A stretch of DNA of 34,655 nucleotides. Origin: a virus. The translations under genes were made by a program, and so were the position numbers. The notes under the pieces were generated by a model, which was not told the DNA's origin, did no database searches, and saw nothing but the letters and a program-made list of their open reading frames with translations. Shown in pieces: positions 15,691 to 25,745 of the stretch; positions within the stretch are counted from its first letter, which is position 1; the number at the start of each line of letters is the position of its first letter. The DNA lies in UHGV virus genome UHGV-0219368; one strand, written 5' to 3'.

Positions 15691-17071
15691 GATTGTTTTG
15701 GGTGCGAAGTTAGAATTATCCCGTCGTTATTTTTGGGAATATTGCAAATTAACGGCATCTGACTTTTATAAGCAAGACAGAGAGTACTTAAAAGAGTTAT
15801 GTGATGACTTGCAAGAATTCATTTATGATAGCGATAATGACGTTCTAGTTATCAACGAACCGCCGAGACACGGGAAATCGAGAACTGCTGGTAAATTCGT
15901 AGAATGGTTGTTAGGGAATGACACTCGAAAAAAAATAATGACGGGATCATATAACGAAACGTTATCTACAACATTTTCTAAAAGCGTAAGGAATACTATT
16001 CAAGAAATAAAAGCTGATAAAAACAGAGTTGTATTTTCAGATGTATTCCCTGGTGTAGAGATAAAGTCTGGTGATGGAGCCATGAACTTATGGAGTTTGA
16101 CTGGCGGATATAACAATTATCTAGCAACGTCACCAACTGGCACAGCTACAGGGTTTGGTGCAGACATTATTATCATTGATGATTTAATTAAAAATGCTGA
16201 AGAAGCAAATAACGCTATGGTATTAGAGAAACACTGGGAGTGGTTTGTTAATACGATGCTATCTCGTTTAGAAACAGGCGGCAAAATCATCATCATTATG
16301 ACCAGATGGAATTCTAATGATTTAGCAGGTAAAGCATTAAAAGAATTGCCGCAATCAGGCTATAAAGTAAAACATATTAGCATGAAAGCATATAACGAAG
16401 AAACAGACACCATGCTTTGTGAGTCTGTCCTTTCTAAAGAAGAATATTTCCGTAAAAAGAAAACGATGGGTGCAGATATTGCTTCTGCTAACTATCAACA
16501 AGAACCGATTGATTTAAAAGGTCGTTTGTACCAAAAATTTTCAACATATGAAACACGCTCTAATTACATTAAAATATGGAATTATACCGATACAGCAGAC
16601 ACTGGTGCTGATAATCTTTGTTCAATTGTTTTTGGTGAGACAGAAGATCATAAAGCAGAAGTATTGGATGTTCTATTTACAAAAGAACCAATGGAAAAAA
16701 CGGAAACAGCACACGCTGAACAAATTAAAAATAACCAAGTAAACCATGTCCGCATTGAGTCTAACTCTGGTGGGCGTGGTTTTTCTCGTAATTCAGAAAG
16801 AATTGTTAAAGAACGAGGATATCGTGGTGCTTATTACGAGCCGTTTCATCAATCGGCAAATAAACAATCACGTATTCTTTCTAATTCGGCACTTGTAGAA
16901 AATAATGTGTATTTCCCATCAGATTGGAAAATAAGATGGCCAGAATTTTATGAAGCTATGACGACCTACCAAAGGGAAGGTAAAAACAGACACGATGATG
17001 CACCAGATGCTGTAACAGGCATTGTAGAAACATTAGCAAATGATAACCAAGTCAGATTTATCCAATATTAG
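15680..17071 (+). CDS. terL: terminase large subunit (PBSX/SPP1-like, pac-type)
   Basis: Walker-A-like NEPPRHGKS, ATPase motif IIIIDD, and C-terminal nuclease motifs. 463 aa. Confidence 0.85.
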   Translation: MMNKIVLGAKLELSRRYFWEYCKLTASDFYKQDREYLKELCDDLQEFIYDSDNDVLVINEPPRHGKSRTAGKFVEWLLGNDTRKKIMTGSYNETLSTTFSKSVRNTIQEIKADKNRVVFSDVFPGVEIKSGDGAMNLWSLTGGYNNYLATSPTGTATGFGADIIIIDDLIKNAEEANNAMVLEKHWEWFVNTMLSRLETGGKIIIIMTRWNSNDLAGKALKELPQSGYKVKHISMKAYNEETDTMLCESVLSKEEYFRKKKTMGADIASANYQQEPIDLKGRLYQKFSTYETRSNYIKIWNYTDTADTGADNLCSIVFGETEDHKAEVLDVLFTKEPMEKTETAHAEQIKNNQVNHVRIESNSGGRGFSRNSERIVKERGYRGAYYEPFHQSANKQSRILSNSALVENNVYFPSDWKIRWPEFYEAMTTYQREGKNRHDDAPDAVTGIVETLANDNQVRFIQY

Positions 17072-17082
17072 GAGGTGTGAAA

Positions 17083-18555
17083 ATGTTTCAAAACAATTTA
17101 AGTTTGAAGCGGTATAAAAGATTACGAACAAAATATTCTACACAAATTAATGAAGAAGTTTTCGATCCTAATGATTTTATTACTGAAATGAAGCCATTTT
17201 TTGATGATAGAGAGCGCAAATACAAAGCTTATACAAGCGAACAAAATGAGATCGATAGAAGACCTAAACCAAACACAAAGATTATAAAAGTGAATAATAA
17301 ACTTCATGCTGGTTTATACAATACTATTGTCGATCAAGCAGCGGACCATTTCACAGGTATTCCAATTAAGTGGGATTACGATATTACAGAGCAGAGACGA
17401 TCAATTATGCAACGTGCTAAAGATTTATTTTTGAATAATACATTAAAAAATACCAAAACACCAAAAGAGTTCGAACGGCTGACAGAGTTAGTGAATGATA
17501 TGCGGTTTGCCATGCTTGATTCTGACACAGCTCGGTTTCAAGGAGCTTGTGGTGTTGCTTTTCGTTTGTTAGAACCTGTTAAAACCAAGGAAGGTTGGCA
17601 ATTATGGGCGAGCAATATCGAACCATGGAAAGCTGAAAAATACGAAAATGCAGATATCTTTATTCGTGAAAAATACGACACACATCAAAAAAAATTTTTT
17701 GAAGAAATGAAAGTCATTACTAAAGAAAGAATACGCATATATAGCAGATACATTGAATTTAATTTAGTCAGTGTATCTGGAACATTTAAATTAATTGAGG
17801 AAGTAGAAAACCCGCTAGAAACGTTCTACCTATCAGAATTTAAAAACAATACGAATCGTTATTGCGATTTTGAAGTGGCGGAAGAACTTTCTGATGCATT
17901 TGATAGAAGCTTATCAGACCAACAAAACGAAGTTGAACAGTTTAAACTTGCTTACATGGCCATTAGCGGCTCAATATTAGATGAAGAAAAAGCACAAAGA
18001 ATGATGGAACAATTAGGTATCCTTAACTTACCAGATCCACAAGCTAAGGTTGGGTATGTAACGAAAGATATTAATAAAGATTTCAACGAGTATCATCTAA
18101 ACCAGCTAAAAAAAATGTTCTATACAATCACAAAATCAATTGATTTTAATGATGAGGTATTTAAATCAAACGCTTCTGGTGAAGCTCGTAAATGGCAAAT
18201 TATTGCCTTAGAAGCAAAAACAAATACAAAAGAGCAGTATTTCAGGGAAGGTTTAAAAGAAGTCGCTGAAACGATGGCAGCTTTCATTAAATTTAACGAT
18301 AAGCTTGATTTAGATGTGTCTAAAATTGTGTTTACATTCAGTCGCAGTTTGCCAACAGATATTGGCTATCTTGCTGATGCATTGCCAAAACTTTCGCCGT
18401 TTCTATCTAAACGAACAATTATTAATCAGATTCCATTTGCTAAAGACCCAGATTATGAAATGGACTTGATGAATTTAGAACAAGGTCAAGATTATCCTAG
18501 TGGTGACTACAAACTAGGTGGTGCGGATAATGACGAAGAAGAAAGCAACAGTTAG
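17083..18555 (+). CDS. portal protein
   Basis: Track ORF 17077..18555. AGGAGG at 17070-17075 supports ATG 17083. Size and position fit (between terL and the MuF-like gene). Acidic C-terminus. Confidence 0.8.
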   Translation: MFQNNLSLKRYKRLRTKYSTQINEEVFDPNDFITEMKPFFDDRERKYKAYTSEQNEIDRRPKPNTKIIKVNNKLHAGLYNTIVDQAADHFTGIPIKWDYDITEQRRSIMQRAKDLFLNNTLKNTKTPKEFERLTELVNDMRFAMLDSDTARFQGACGVAFRLLEPVKTKEGWQLWASNIEPWKAEKYENADIFIREKYDTHQKKFFEEMKVITKERIRIYSRYIEFNLVSVSGTFKLIEEVENPLETFYLSEFKNNTNRYCDFEVAEELSDAFDRSLSDQQNEVEQFKLAYMAISGSILDEEKAQRMMEQLGILNLPDPQAKVGYVTKDINKDFNEYHLNQLKKMFYTITKSIDFNDEVFKSNASGEARKWQIIALEAKTNTKEQYFREGLKEVAETMAAFIKFNDKLDLDVSKIVFTFSRSLPTDIGYLADALPKLSPFLSKRTIINQIPFAKDPDYEMDLMNLEQGQDYPSGDYKLGGADNDEEESNS

Positions 18556-20434
18556 TGAACGCTACTGGGAAAAACGTCGTGAATTAGAAGACAAAGCACG
18601 CTTGAAACTGGAAAAGAAAACTCTTAGTGAACTAGAATCTGTTTTCGAACGTGCTTTAGTTAAAATTCAAAGACAGTTATTGGCACAAGCTGATTTACAC
18701 GGTATTACTCAAAGTGAGATGCTAGAAGATTTTAGCAAACGAGACCAAGAGAAGTACCGTAAGTATATTGAGAAGAACTATGAAAAGTTGATGGAATCAG
18801 ATGAAGTTTATAAACAATTCATTGATGAATATTTTCCATCCTTTGACTATGCGAAAGTTAATCGCTTGTTACAATTACGAGCAGACATTTTTTCTACCAT
18901 TGCAGGTGAAGCAATAGCTAGTGATGTTAACGGTAAATTTAATAACGACTTAGAGAATATCACAAAACGAATCTACAATTCTAATTCTAATGCGTTGATA
19001 CAATTATTAGGCGGTTCAGCACCTGGTTTAACTAAGAATGAACTAGAAAACATCATGAACTATCCGTGGAGCGGAAAAACATTTTCATCTCGTTTATGGG
19101 GCAATATATCAACCCTAGAGCAACGTTTGAGCAATTCCATTATTAATTCATTGGCAAGTGGTGAAGGAGTTGTGGAAGCTCTTAGAACGATGAAAAACGA
19201 TGGTGTTATTAGCGGTATGTTTAAGTTGGAACAAGGAAAGTTTAATCGTTCGATTGAAAATCTTGTTAGAACGGAATATTCACATTTTGCGGTAGAAGGT
19301 TTAAGAAAATCGCTAAAGGATATAGGTGTTAAGCAAACACAAAGCTGGTCGGCAGAAGATGAGCGTGTTTGTTCTATTTGTGGTGGACGTCATGGAAAAG
19401 AGATTAAAGATGATTGGCATCCACCGTATCATGGACGTTGCCGTTGTACTGAAATACCAATTATTCCTGAAATTAGCGATGACATAGATAAATTGTATGA
19501 AGAGATGTTTGGTGATTTATTGGATGAATTCGCAAGTAAGCAGTGGGGTATTAAATTAAATCATCCAAAAGTTAGTGCAACTAAACTCGATTTAAAATCC
19601 GTATTAGACAAAACAAACATGCAAGAAGCTTTAGGAAAAGAAAATTATTCTAATTTTTTAGATCATTTAGATGGGATAACTGACCAAAGGGTGCTAAACT
19701 TAATAAATGTGATAGGGCATAAGTTGGAGTTTAAAGACATCAAAGAAGTAAGAGCCTTTGCACAAGGCAAATCAATTCAACTTAGTCAAAAATCATTTGA
19801 TGGGGATAGGGGTGTTAATCCTTATCAAACAGTTTATCATGAGATAGGACATGCTTTGGATCATCTTGGGCTTGAAGTATTAACAGGAAAAAATACGATG
19901 CCGACAGGAAAACTGATAAAAAGAAAGCTAGGAAGACGAACCACTTTTATAGAAGAGCATATAACACACGCATCGTCACTTTCTGAGTATAACATTAAAG
20001 AAGCGCTAGAACGCGATTTTTGGAAATATGTAAACGGAGATTTGCCATCCTATAATGATTTAGGTAATAGACCTAGAAATGCGGATAAGAAAAAGGCCTA
20101 TGATGACTTAAGGGCGGAAATTTATAAAAAAAATACAGAGAACTTACAAAAAACTAGAGAACGATTATCAAAAATAGTTAGGGAAAATCCTAACTCAGTA
20201 TCCGCTATTTCAGATATGATTGAATCTATAGGTTCTTTAGGAGACTATCCGTTAGGTTTTGGTCACGGCAAGCGCTATTGGCAAACAACAGGTAGCACAG
20301 AAACGGAATTTTTTGCACATATGACAGAAGTGGTTGCTAACGATAAGTCAAGAGAATTAATGAAAGAGATTTTTCCGACAGCAGTAAGCCAATGGGAAAA
20401 ATTAGTAGATGATATTTTAAAGGCGGTGAAATAA
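18530..20434 (+). CDS. head morphogenesis protein of the SPP1 gp7 / Mu F family (N-terminal ~325 aa) fused to a ~300-aa C-terminal domain carrying HEIGH (HExxH, metallopeptidase-like)
   Basis: The CSICGGRHGKEI...HPPYHGRCRCT motif at about aa 290-320 marks the end of the MuF domain. VYHEIGHALDH is at 19832-19864. Total length (~634 aa) is about double a normal gp7. Confidence 0.75.
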   Translation: MTKKKATVSERYWEKRRELEDKARLKLEKKTLSELESVFERALVKIQRQLLAQADLHGITQSEMLEDFSKRDQEKYRKYIEKNYEKLMESDEVYKQFIDEYFPSFDYAKVNRLLQLRADIFSTIAGEAIASDVNGKFNNDLENITKRIYNSNSNALIQLLGGSAPGLTKNELENIMNYPWSGKTFSSRLWGNISTLEQRLSNSIINSLASGEGVVEALRTMKNDGVISGMFKLEQGKFNRSIENLVRTEYSHFAVEGLRKSLKDIGVKQTQSWSAEDERVCSICGGRHGKEIKDDWHPPYHGRCRCTEIPIIPEISDDIDKLYEEMFGDLLDEFASKQWGIKLNHPKVSATKLDLKSVLDKTNMQEALGKENYSNFLDHLDGITDQRVLNLINVIGHKLEFKDIKEVRAFAQGKSIQLSQKSFDGDRGVNPYQTVYHEIGHALDHLGLEVLTGKNTMPTGKLIKRKLGRRTTFIEEHITHASSLSEYNIKEALERDFWKYVNGDLPSYNDLGNRPRNADKKKAYDDLRAEIYKKNTENLQKTRERLSKIVRENPNSVSAISDMIESIGSLGDYPLGFGHGKRYWQTTGSTETEFFAHMTEVVANDKSRELMKEIFPTAVSQWEKLVDDILKAVK

Positions 20435-20665
20435 GTGTTTAGTTGCGAAGATGGCGCATGGTCTATTATTGATGATGCAGTTAAAAAGTATGAACAACAT
20501 TTCCATGATGAGTTTCCAATATATGAATATATCGATGTAACAAAGAGTGATGACTTCGATTTTTCTATTCTAGGTGCAAAAAAATTAGCGAAATTCATTG
20601 ATGAGCATATTAAAGAAAATAAATCGGTCCACGTCCCGTCAGATTACCATAGCAGACTTTACTAA
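20435..20665 (+). CDS. hypothetical small acidic protein, translationally coupled to the MuF-fusion gene (immunity or partner candidate)
   Basis: GTG at 20435 directly follows the TAA at 20432-20434. 76 aa. Confidence 0.4.
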   Translation: MFSCEDGAWSIIDDAVKKYEQHFHDEFPIYEYIDVTKSDDFDFSILGAKKLAKFIDEHIKENKSVHVPSDYHSRLY

Positions 20666-20721
20666 GCACTTAAAGGATAACTTTGAGTGCTATTTTTATA
20701 CCCTAAATTGGAGGTGAGATC

Positions 20722-21042
20722 ATGAAAGGATTATTCGAAGCAGTATTAAATCTAGAAGTTACCAATGGTACAGAAAAAGCCTATAAAAAAGCTTTTGAAC
20801 AAGAAAACGAACGATACTTAACCAAACACACTTTGAGAGATGGCAACGGTAATATCGTCAAAGATGAGCTTAAATCAGTTTGGGGTGGTAATTATTGTCA
20901 CGTTGATATTTTGTATTCGTTACCAGGTAAAAAAAGTAAATTAACTATTTCGATTGTGTCTAGGACTCTGCAAAACGTAAAAGATGCTGTCACTGATTAT
21001 CAAATGTTAGGTGCTGAACTGGTCCATAAGAATTGGAAGTGA
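20722..21042 (+). CDS. hypothetical protein (106 aa)
   Basis: Strong RBS GGAGGTGAGATC followed by ATG. Confidence 0.5.
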   Translation: MKGLFEAVLNLEVTNGTEKAYKKAFEQENERYLTKHTLRDGNGNIVKDELKSVWGGNYCHVDILYSLPGKKSKLTISIVSRTLQNVKDAVTDYQMLGAELVHKNWK

Positions 21043-21163
21043 TTAGATGGATCCCTATGATTACTTAGATGCAGATTATGAAGAGCATTTACTAAGAGAA
21101 GAAAAGCAATTAAAGTCTGACGAAAGTTAGGCTTTTTATTTTGTCCGAAATGACGTTAAACTA

Positions 21164-21250
21164 GCGCAATGCTGGGCTTAATTGAATGGTGGGGCGCAAT
21201 AAATAAATCTAAAGCAATGCGGGGCGATTAGTCGAATCGTGGGGCGAAAG
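21164..21250 (+). repeat. two imperfect ~32-bp direct repeats GCAATGC-KGGGC-...-GAAT-SGTGGGGCG upstream of the scaffold gene
   Basis: Unit 1 at 21166-21196, unit 2 at 21214-21246. Confidence 0.5.
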
Positions 21251-21260
21251 GAGAAACAAA

Positions 21261-21884
21261 ATGAAACCAAACCTATTACCAATGAATTTACAAATGTTTG
21301 CTGAAGAAGACGGTGGTACAAACTTCACTTTCGATGATTTTAAGGCATTTGTAGAATCAAATGAGGAAGCACAAAAATTTGTACAATCACAGTCACAATC
21401 AGCTGCAGATAAACAATTAGAAGCTTGGAAACAAAATAATCTTGAAAAAATCAAGGAAACAACAATCAAGGAGTATGAAGAATCTAAGAAAAATAAAACT
21501 CCTGAACAAATTAAATTAGAAGAATTACAGGCTGAATTTGAAGCTGAAAAGGCATTACGTGTGACTAGTGATAATAAGGCTTTTGTTGCAGAAAAAATTG
21601 CTGGCTTAGATTGGGACGGAGATTTGAAAGATTCTATTTCTCAATTTATGTTAAATAATCTTGTTAGTTCAGATACTGAATTTACTAAGAAGGCTGTAGA
21701 AGGCTTTACAGAGCTTTTAGAAGCAATAAATGATAAGCATGCAGAAGCTATTAAAAATGTAGAAATGACTAAAGCTTTTGGTAATAAATCGCAACAAACC
21801 AACATGGGAACTGGTAATCAAACAAAATCGTTTGAAAATCCAGAGGTAGCATTAGGACAAAAATTACAAGCTTTTATCGATTAG
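21261..21884 (+). CDS. capsid scaffolding protein
   Basis: Position before the major capsid gene. Acidic, helical, Q/E/K-rich. RBS GAAAGGAG. Confidence 0.65.
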   Translation: MKPNLLPMNLQMFAEEDGGTNFTFDDFKAFVESNEEAQKFVQSQSQSAADKQLEAWKQNNLEKIKETTIKEYEESKKNKTPEQIKLEELQAEFEAEKALRVTSDNKAFVAEKIAGLDWDGDLKDSISQFMLNNLVSSDTEFTKKAVEGFTELLEAINDKHAEAIKNVEMTKAFGNKSQQTNMGTGNQTKSFENPEVALGQKLQAFID

Positions 21885-21897
21885 GAGGAAACTACAA

Positions 21898-22785
21898 ATG
21901 AAAAAAAGTTCATTAAATAATCTTGAGTATTTAGATATTTCACAGGAAGTTAACGCATTACAAGTTCCAAACACACCATTTTTAAGCTATTTGTTAGGCG
22001 CAGGCAAAGTTGAAGCTGCCAAGTCAACTGAGATTAAATGGCGAGAATATGGCATGAATAATGATGATTCATCTGCTCAATTAGAAGGCGGAGAATACGC
22101 AGATGCGGAATCTGATCGTACATGGTTTAACAACTATACTGAAATTTTCAGAAAATCAACTTCTGTATCTGGCACATTAGATGCTATTAATGTAGATGGT
22201 GTAGGAAATGAATTGAATAGCCAAGTAGCTCTTCGTGCTACAGAAATGAAAATTGACTTAAATCGTAAATTGATTGTTGGTGTAAAGGCTGATGAATCTG
22301 GTTCTAAAGGTCGTCAGATGAACGGAATTTTAAATTTGATTAGCTCAACGAATAAAGTCGAAACAGCAGCTGCGGGGGCAGTAACAAGAAAAGATATTGA
22401 TGCCTTATTTAAAACAATGTTCCAAAAAGGATACATGGGCGAAAAATTATGTTTAGTAGCACCTGATATGCAAGAATTAATGATTGATCAGTTGGATGAA
22501 AAATCAACAAAAATTGTGCAATTTGGCGATAAACTTACTTTTGGATTGCAACTTGGAAATATTGTCTCAAATTACGGTTCAGGAATTGCGTTAATTGAAC
22601 CTAATTTACCTAATGGAACAATCGCAGCTATTGATACTAATTATGTAAAATTACGTCCATTACGTGAATGGCGTGCGGAAGAATTAGCAAAAACAACAGA
22701 TTCAAGACGGATTGGATTAGTTGGTGAGTATTCAATTGAATACAAAGCTTCTAATTCTGGAGCAATCTTGAATTTGAAAGCCTAA
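21898..22785 (+). CDS. major capsid protein
   Basis: Position and size (295 aa). RBS TAGGAGG. Confidence 0.7.
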   Translation: MKKSSLNNLEYLDISQEVNALQVPNTPFLSYLLGAGKVEAAKSTEIKWREYGMNNDDSSAQLEGGEYADAESDRTWFNNYTEIFRKSTSVSGTLDAINVDGVGNELNSQVALRATEMKIDLNRKLIVGVKADESGSKGRQMNGILNLISSTNKVETAAAGAVTRKDIDALFKTMFQKGYMGEKLCLVAPDMQELMIDQLDEKSTKIVQFGDKLTFGLQLGNIVSNYGSGIALIEPNLPNGTIAAIDTNYVKLRPLREWRAEELAKTTDSRRIGLVGEYSIEYKASNSGAILNLKA

Positions 22786-22813
22786 AATATAATAACAAAG
22801 GAGGAAATTAAAA

Positions 22814-22996
22814 ATGGCAACAGCAAAAAAAGAAGTAACTTATCGTGTACTTGACAAGAAAAACTTTGTGGGCTTTATGCATCCTAAAACAAAAAAATTT
22901 ATCACAGCAAACGAAAATAATGAATTTATAGTTTCAGAAGACGATAAAGAAGCTATTGAAATATTAGAACGTGCTGCAGATACTTTTAAAGTTTAG
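22814..22996 (+). CDS. hypothetical small head-region protein
   Basis: RBS AGGAGGAAAT. Confidence 0.45.
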   Translation: MATAKKEVTYRVLDKKNFVGFMHPKTKKFITANENNEFIVSEDDKEAIEILERAADTFKV

Positions 22997-23009
22997 GTAA
23001 TGATGCTTT

Positions 23010-23354
23010 ATGGTTGATGAAAAAAAAGAAGAAATCGTTGAGAAAATTCAATTGATGCTACCTAACGCTTCTGAAGATAGGATTTTGTCTGTTTTAAACC
23101 TTGTTATCTTTGAAATCAATTCTTACAATACTTGTAAAATTGATATTGCTTGGGACGAGTTTGAACCACTTATAATTGAGGTTATCTATAAAGCTTTAAA
23201 AAACGAAATAGATAAGTCTGTAGCTAGTGTAAAACGTGGTGATACATCAATTAGTTATGTAGTTGAATCAAAAGACATACAATCACTCATGAAGAACTAT
23301 AGCAGTGCCATTAAACGTATTTTAGGCTGTGATAGCGGGGTGTTTTTCTATTGA
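23010..23354 (+). CDS. head-tail connector / head completion protein (putative)
   Basis: Position and size. Confidence 0.45.
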   Translation: MVDEKKEEIVEKIQLMLPNASEDRILSVLNLVIFEINSYNTCKIDIAWDEFEPLIIEVIYKALKNEIDKSVASVKRGDTSISYVVESKDIQSLMKNYSSAIKRILGCDSGVFFY

Positions 23355-23725
23355 ATGAAGCAGAAGTTTTAGCAGCTACTTATTTTGATACCTGTGTTAT
23401 TGAGCGAATAAGTGATATTGAAAATGTGGAAAGCGGAATTACTGAACAAGTTTATTTTCCAATTCATGATGGCAAGTTACCCTGTGCTTTCTCTCAAGGA
23501 AGTATGGGAAACTTACCTGTAATAGAAAACAAAGAAGCGTTTAAGTTTAATATCTCTTATGAAGAACAAAAACTTTTTTTAGAACCTAATATAAAAGTTA
23601 AAAAAGGAGATAGAATAACTATTACTCAAGGTACAGGTCAAAAACATGTGTTATTTTCAAAAAAACCTTTTTATTATCCAAGCCATATAGAAGTAGTGCT
23701 ATCAGGAAGTTCAATTGATGAGTAA
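23351..23725 (+). CDS. head-tail adaptor (putative)
   Basis: Position. TTG start overlapping the upstream stop. Confidence 0.45.
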   Translation: MNEAEVLAATYFDTCVIERISDIENVESGITEQVYFPIHDGKLPCAFSQGSMGNLPVIENKEAFKFNISYEEQKLFLEPNIKVKKGDRITITQGTGQKHVLFSKKPFYYPSHIEVVLSGSSIDE

Positions 23726-24116
23726 AAGCGATCTTAGAATGAAATCAAATGCTGATAAAGTTATTGCAAATTTAAAGAAAATGACACCCATTGCTGAAAA
23801 AGAAGGTGCTGCAATGGTGAATGATTCGTTAGCTAAAATTTATCAGTTAATTGTACCTATGACACCAATTAAATCGGGTGATTTAAGACGAGGTTATCGA
23901 ATCATTAAAGCTAGAAAGCTGTCTAGTGGTCGTATCGTGGGAGCATTGATTAATAATGAAAAATATTTTAGATATGTAAACGATGGCCACCGAACAAAAA
24001 ATGGCGGATTTGTTAAAGGCAGATTTATGTTGCAAAAATCTAATAAATTAGCTAATGCAACATATATTCCGAAACGATTTAAACAAATGGCGATTATCAT
24101 TGTTAAGAAAGGATAG
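23715..24116 (+). CDS. HK97 gp10-like head-tail joining protein (putative)
   Basis: Position. The KSGDLRRGYRI motif resembles the gp10-family TGnLRrS pattern. Confidence 0.5.
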   Translation: MMSKSDLRMKSNADKVIANLKKMTPIAEKEGAAMVNDSLAKIYQLIVPMTPIKSGDLRRGYRIIKARKLSSGRIVGALINNEKYFRYVNDGHRTKNGGFVKGRFMLQKSNKLANATYIPKRFKQMAIIIVKKG

Positions 24117-24118
24117 AT

Positions 24119-24493
24119 ATGTACGATAAAATTTTAAAAATGCTTACTGACACAATAAAACAGTTCTCGGATGCACCTATCTATCTTGATAATGTGATGC
24201 AATCGTCAGAACCGTTTTATTTCGTTTTGAGCGTAGAAGAAAGCATGACTGATAATGTAGGTCAAAACGTTCAAAATAAAGCATACAATGTTGATATTGC
24301 ACTGGTTGATAGTAAGAAAGATAAACAATTAGTAAAAAGCCTAACAGAAAGCTGTGGGGCTTTTTTTAATGTGTTGAATTTGGACGGAAACGAATTGTTT
24401 CCAGAAGATTATCAAACGTTTAAAACAGACGGAATTCAACATATCAATTTTAATGTTGCGTTCCCTCAATTAATTGAATGGAGTGAAAAATAG
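24119..24493 (+). CDS. tail completion / tail terminator protein (putative)
   Basis: Position before the major tail gene. Confidence 0.4.
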   Translation: MYDKILKMLTDTIKQFSDAPIYLDNVMQSSEPFYFVLSVEESMTDNVGQNVQNKAYNVDIALVDSKKDKQLVKSLTESCGAFFNVLNLDGNELFPEDYQTFKTDGIQHINFNVAFPQLIEWSEK

Positions 24494-25342
24494 ATGGCAA
24501 AAAAGAAAAATGTAAGTGTCATTTCTGTAGAGAAGCCAACGTGGTTCCCACTAACAGACGAAACGGGCGCTTTTCCAGTTTACGGAGCGCCAATTACAAT
24601 CGGTACTGCTGTAAGTATCAAACCAGATGTTACAACAGAAACAACGCCTGACTATGGCGATAGTGTAGTTCAAGATCAGTATGTTGCATTTGGTGGTGCA
24701 GAAGTTACTTTAGAAACAAACGGCTACCAAAATGAAGTTTTAGCTGAAATTACAGGGGGAAAAAAATTAAAGGGTGGCGTATTGCGGTCTGCGGATGATA
24801 TTGCATCAGATGGCGCATTTGCTTATCGTCGCCGAAAATCGAACGGTAAATATCGCTATACGATTTTCTATAAAGGAAAATTTGCTTTAACATCTGATGA
24901 AACATCTACATTAGAAGGAAGTTCAGTATCTTATACCCATCCAGAATGGACGGGGTCTTTCGTTGATGTTCCAGGGTTGGGTTATATGTATTCCGTGGAT
25001 GAAGACGATGAAGGTGTTGACTTAGAGATGATTAAAAACTGGTTTACTGAGGTAATGGATCCACGTAAAGAAAATACTACTGCTGTTACTGGTGTAACTT
25101 TAGACCAAACAGAGTTAAATTTAAAAGTTGGCCAAACAGCAACCTTAACACCGACAATTACACCAGATAACGCCTCAAATAAAAAATATCAGTTCCGTTC
25201 AGAAAGTGAGGCTATTGGAACTGTAACACCAATTCAAGGGAAGGTTACTGCTGTAGGAGAAGGGACAACGGAAATCGTAGTCACAACAGAAGATGGTAAC
25301 TTTACCGCAAAATGTACATTAAATGTAACAACAGCAGATTAA
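24494..25342 (+). CDS. major tail protein with C-terminal Big_2 (Ig-like) domain
   Basis: Position. C-terminal VTGVTLDQTELNLKVGQTATLTPTITP...GTTEIVVTTEDGNFTAKCTLNVT is a Big_2-type Ig-like fold. Confidence 0.7.
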   Translation: MAKKKNVSVISVEKPTWFPLTDETGAFPVYGAPITIGTAVSIKPDVTTETTPDYGDSVVQDQYVAFGGAEVTLETNGYQNEVLAEITGGKKLKGGVLRSADDIASDGAFAYRRRKSNGKYRYTIFYKGKFALTSDETSTLEGSSVSYTHPEWTGSFVDVPGLGYMYSVDEDDEGVDLEMIKNWFTEVMDPRKENTTAVTGVTLDQTELNLKVGQTATLTPTITPDNASNKKYQFRSESEAIGTVTPIQGKVTAVGEGTTEIVVTTEDGNFTAKCTLNVTTAD

Positions 25343-25394
25343 AAATAACAGTTTAGGACGACCTTGTCGTCCTATTTTATATGGAGGAATTAAA

Positions 25395-25745
25395 ATGGCA
25401 AGTAAATTTCAACAAAAAATTAAATTAATGATTAAAGATGGAAGCAAATATACTACAAAACAATTCACGTCGGCAGAATTTTTACCAGGTTCAGTCATGG
25501 ATACAGGTACGGATTTACAAATCAGGTTAGAAGAAGCAACAAAAACAAATGATATGGAAGCAATTCGTCCTATTTTAAGAGAATGCTATGACTTTATTGC
25601 TGACGTTATTTTTGAAGGGCAGTTTACTGGACAAGAATATATTGACGGTATGGATGCTCGTGAATTATTGAAGATTACAGGTCAATTGTTAGGTTCTGTT
25701 ACTTCTGGTTATGATGCAATTTATTCTGAACAGAAAAAAAAGTAA
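25395..25745 (+). CDS. tail assembly chaperone (G-like), zero-frame product
   Basis: Position between the major tail gene and the tape measure. Ends ...SEQKKK* on the slippery run. Confidence 0.65.
   Translation: MASKFQQKIKLMIKDGSKYTTKQFTSAEFLPGSVMDTGTDLQIRLEEATKTNDMEAIRPILRECYDFIADVIFEGQFTGQEYIDGMDARELLKITGQLLGSVTSGYDAIYSEQKKK

Noticed and set aside
16548-16742. Track ORF 16548..16742 on the + strand inside terL
   Set aside because: It is an alternative frame inside the terminase large-subunit gene, with no RBS and no conservation signal.
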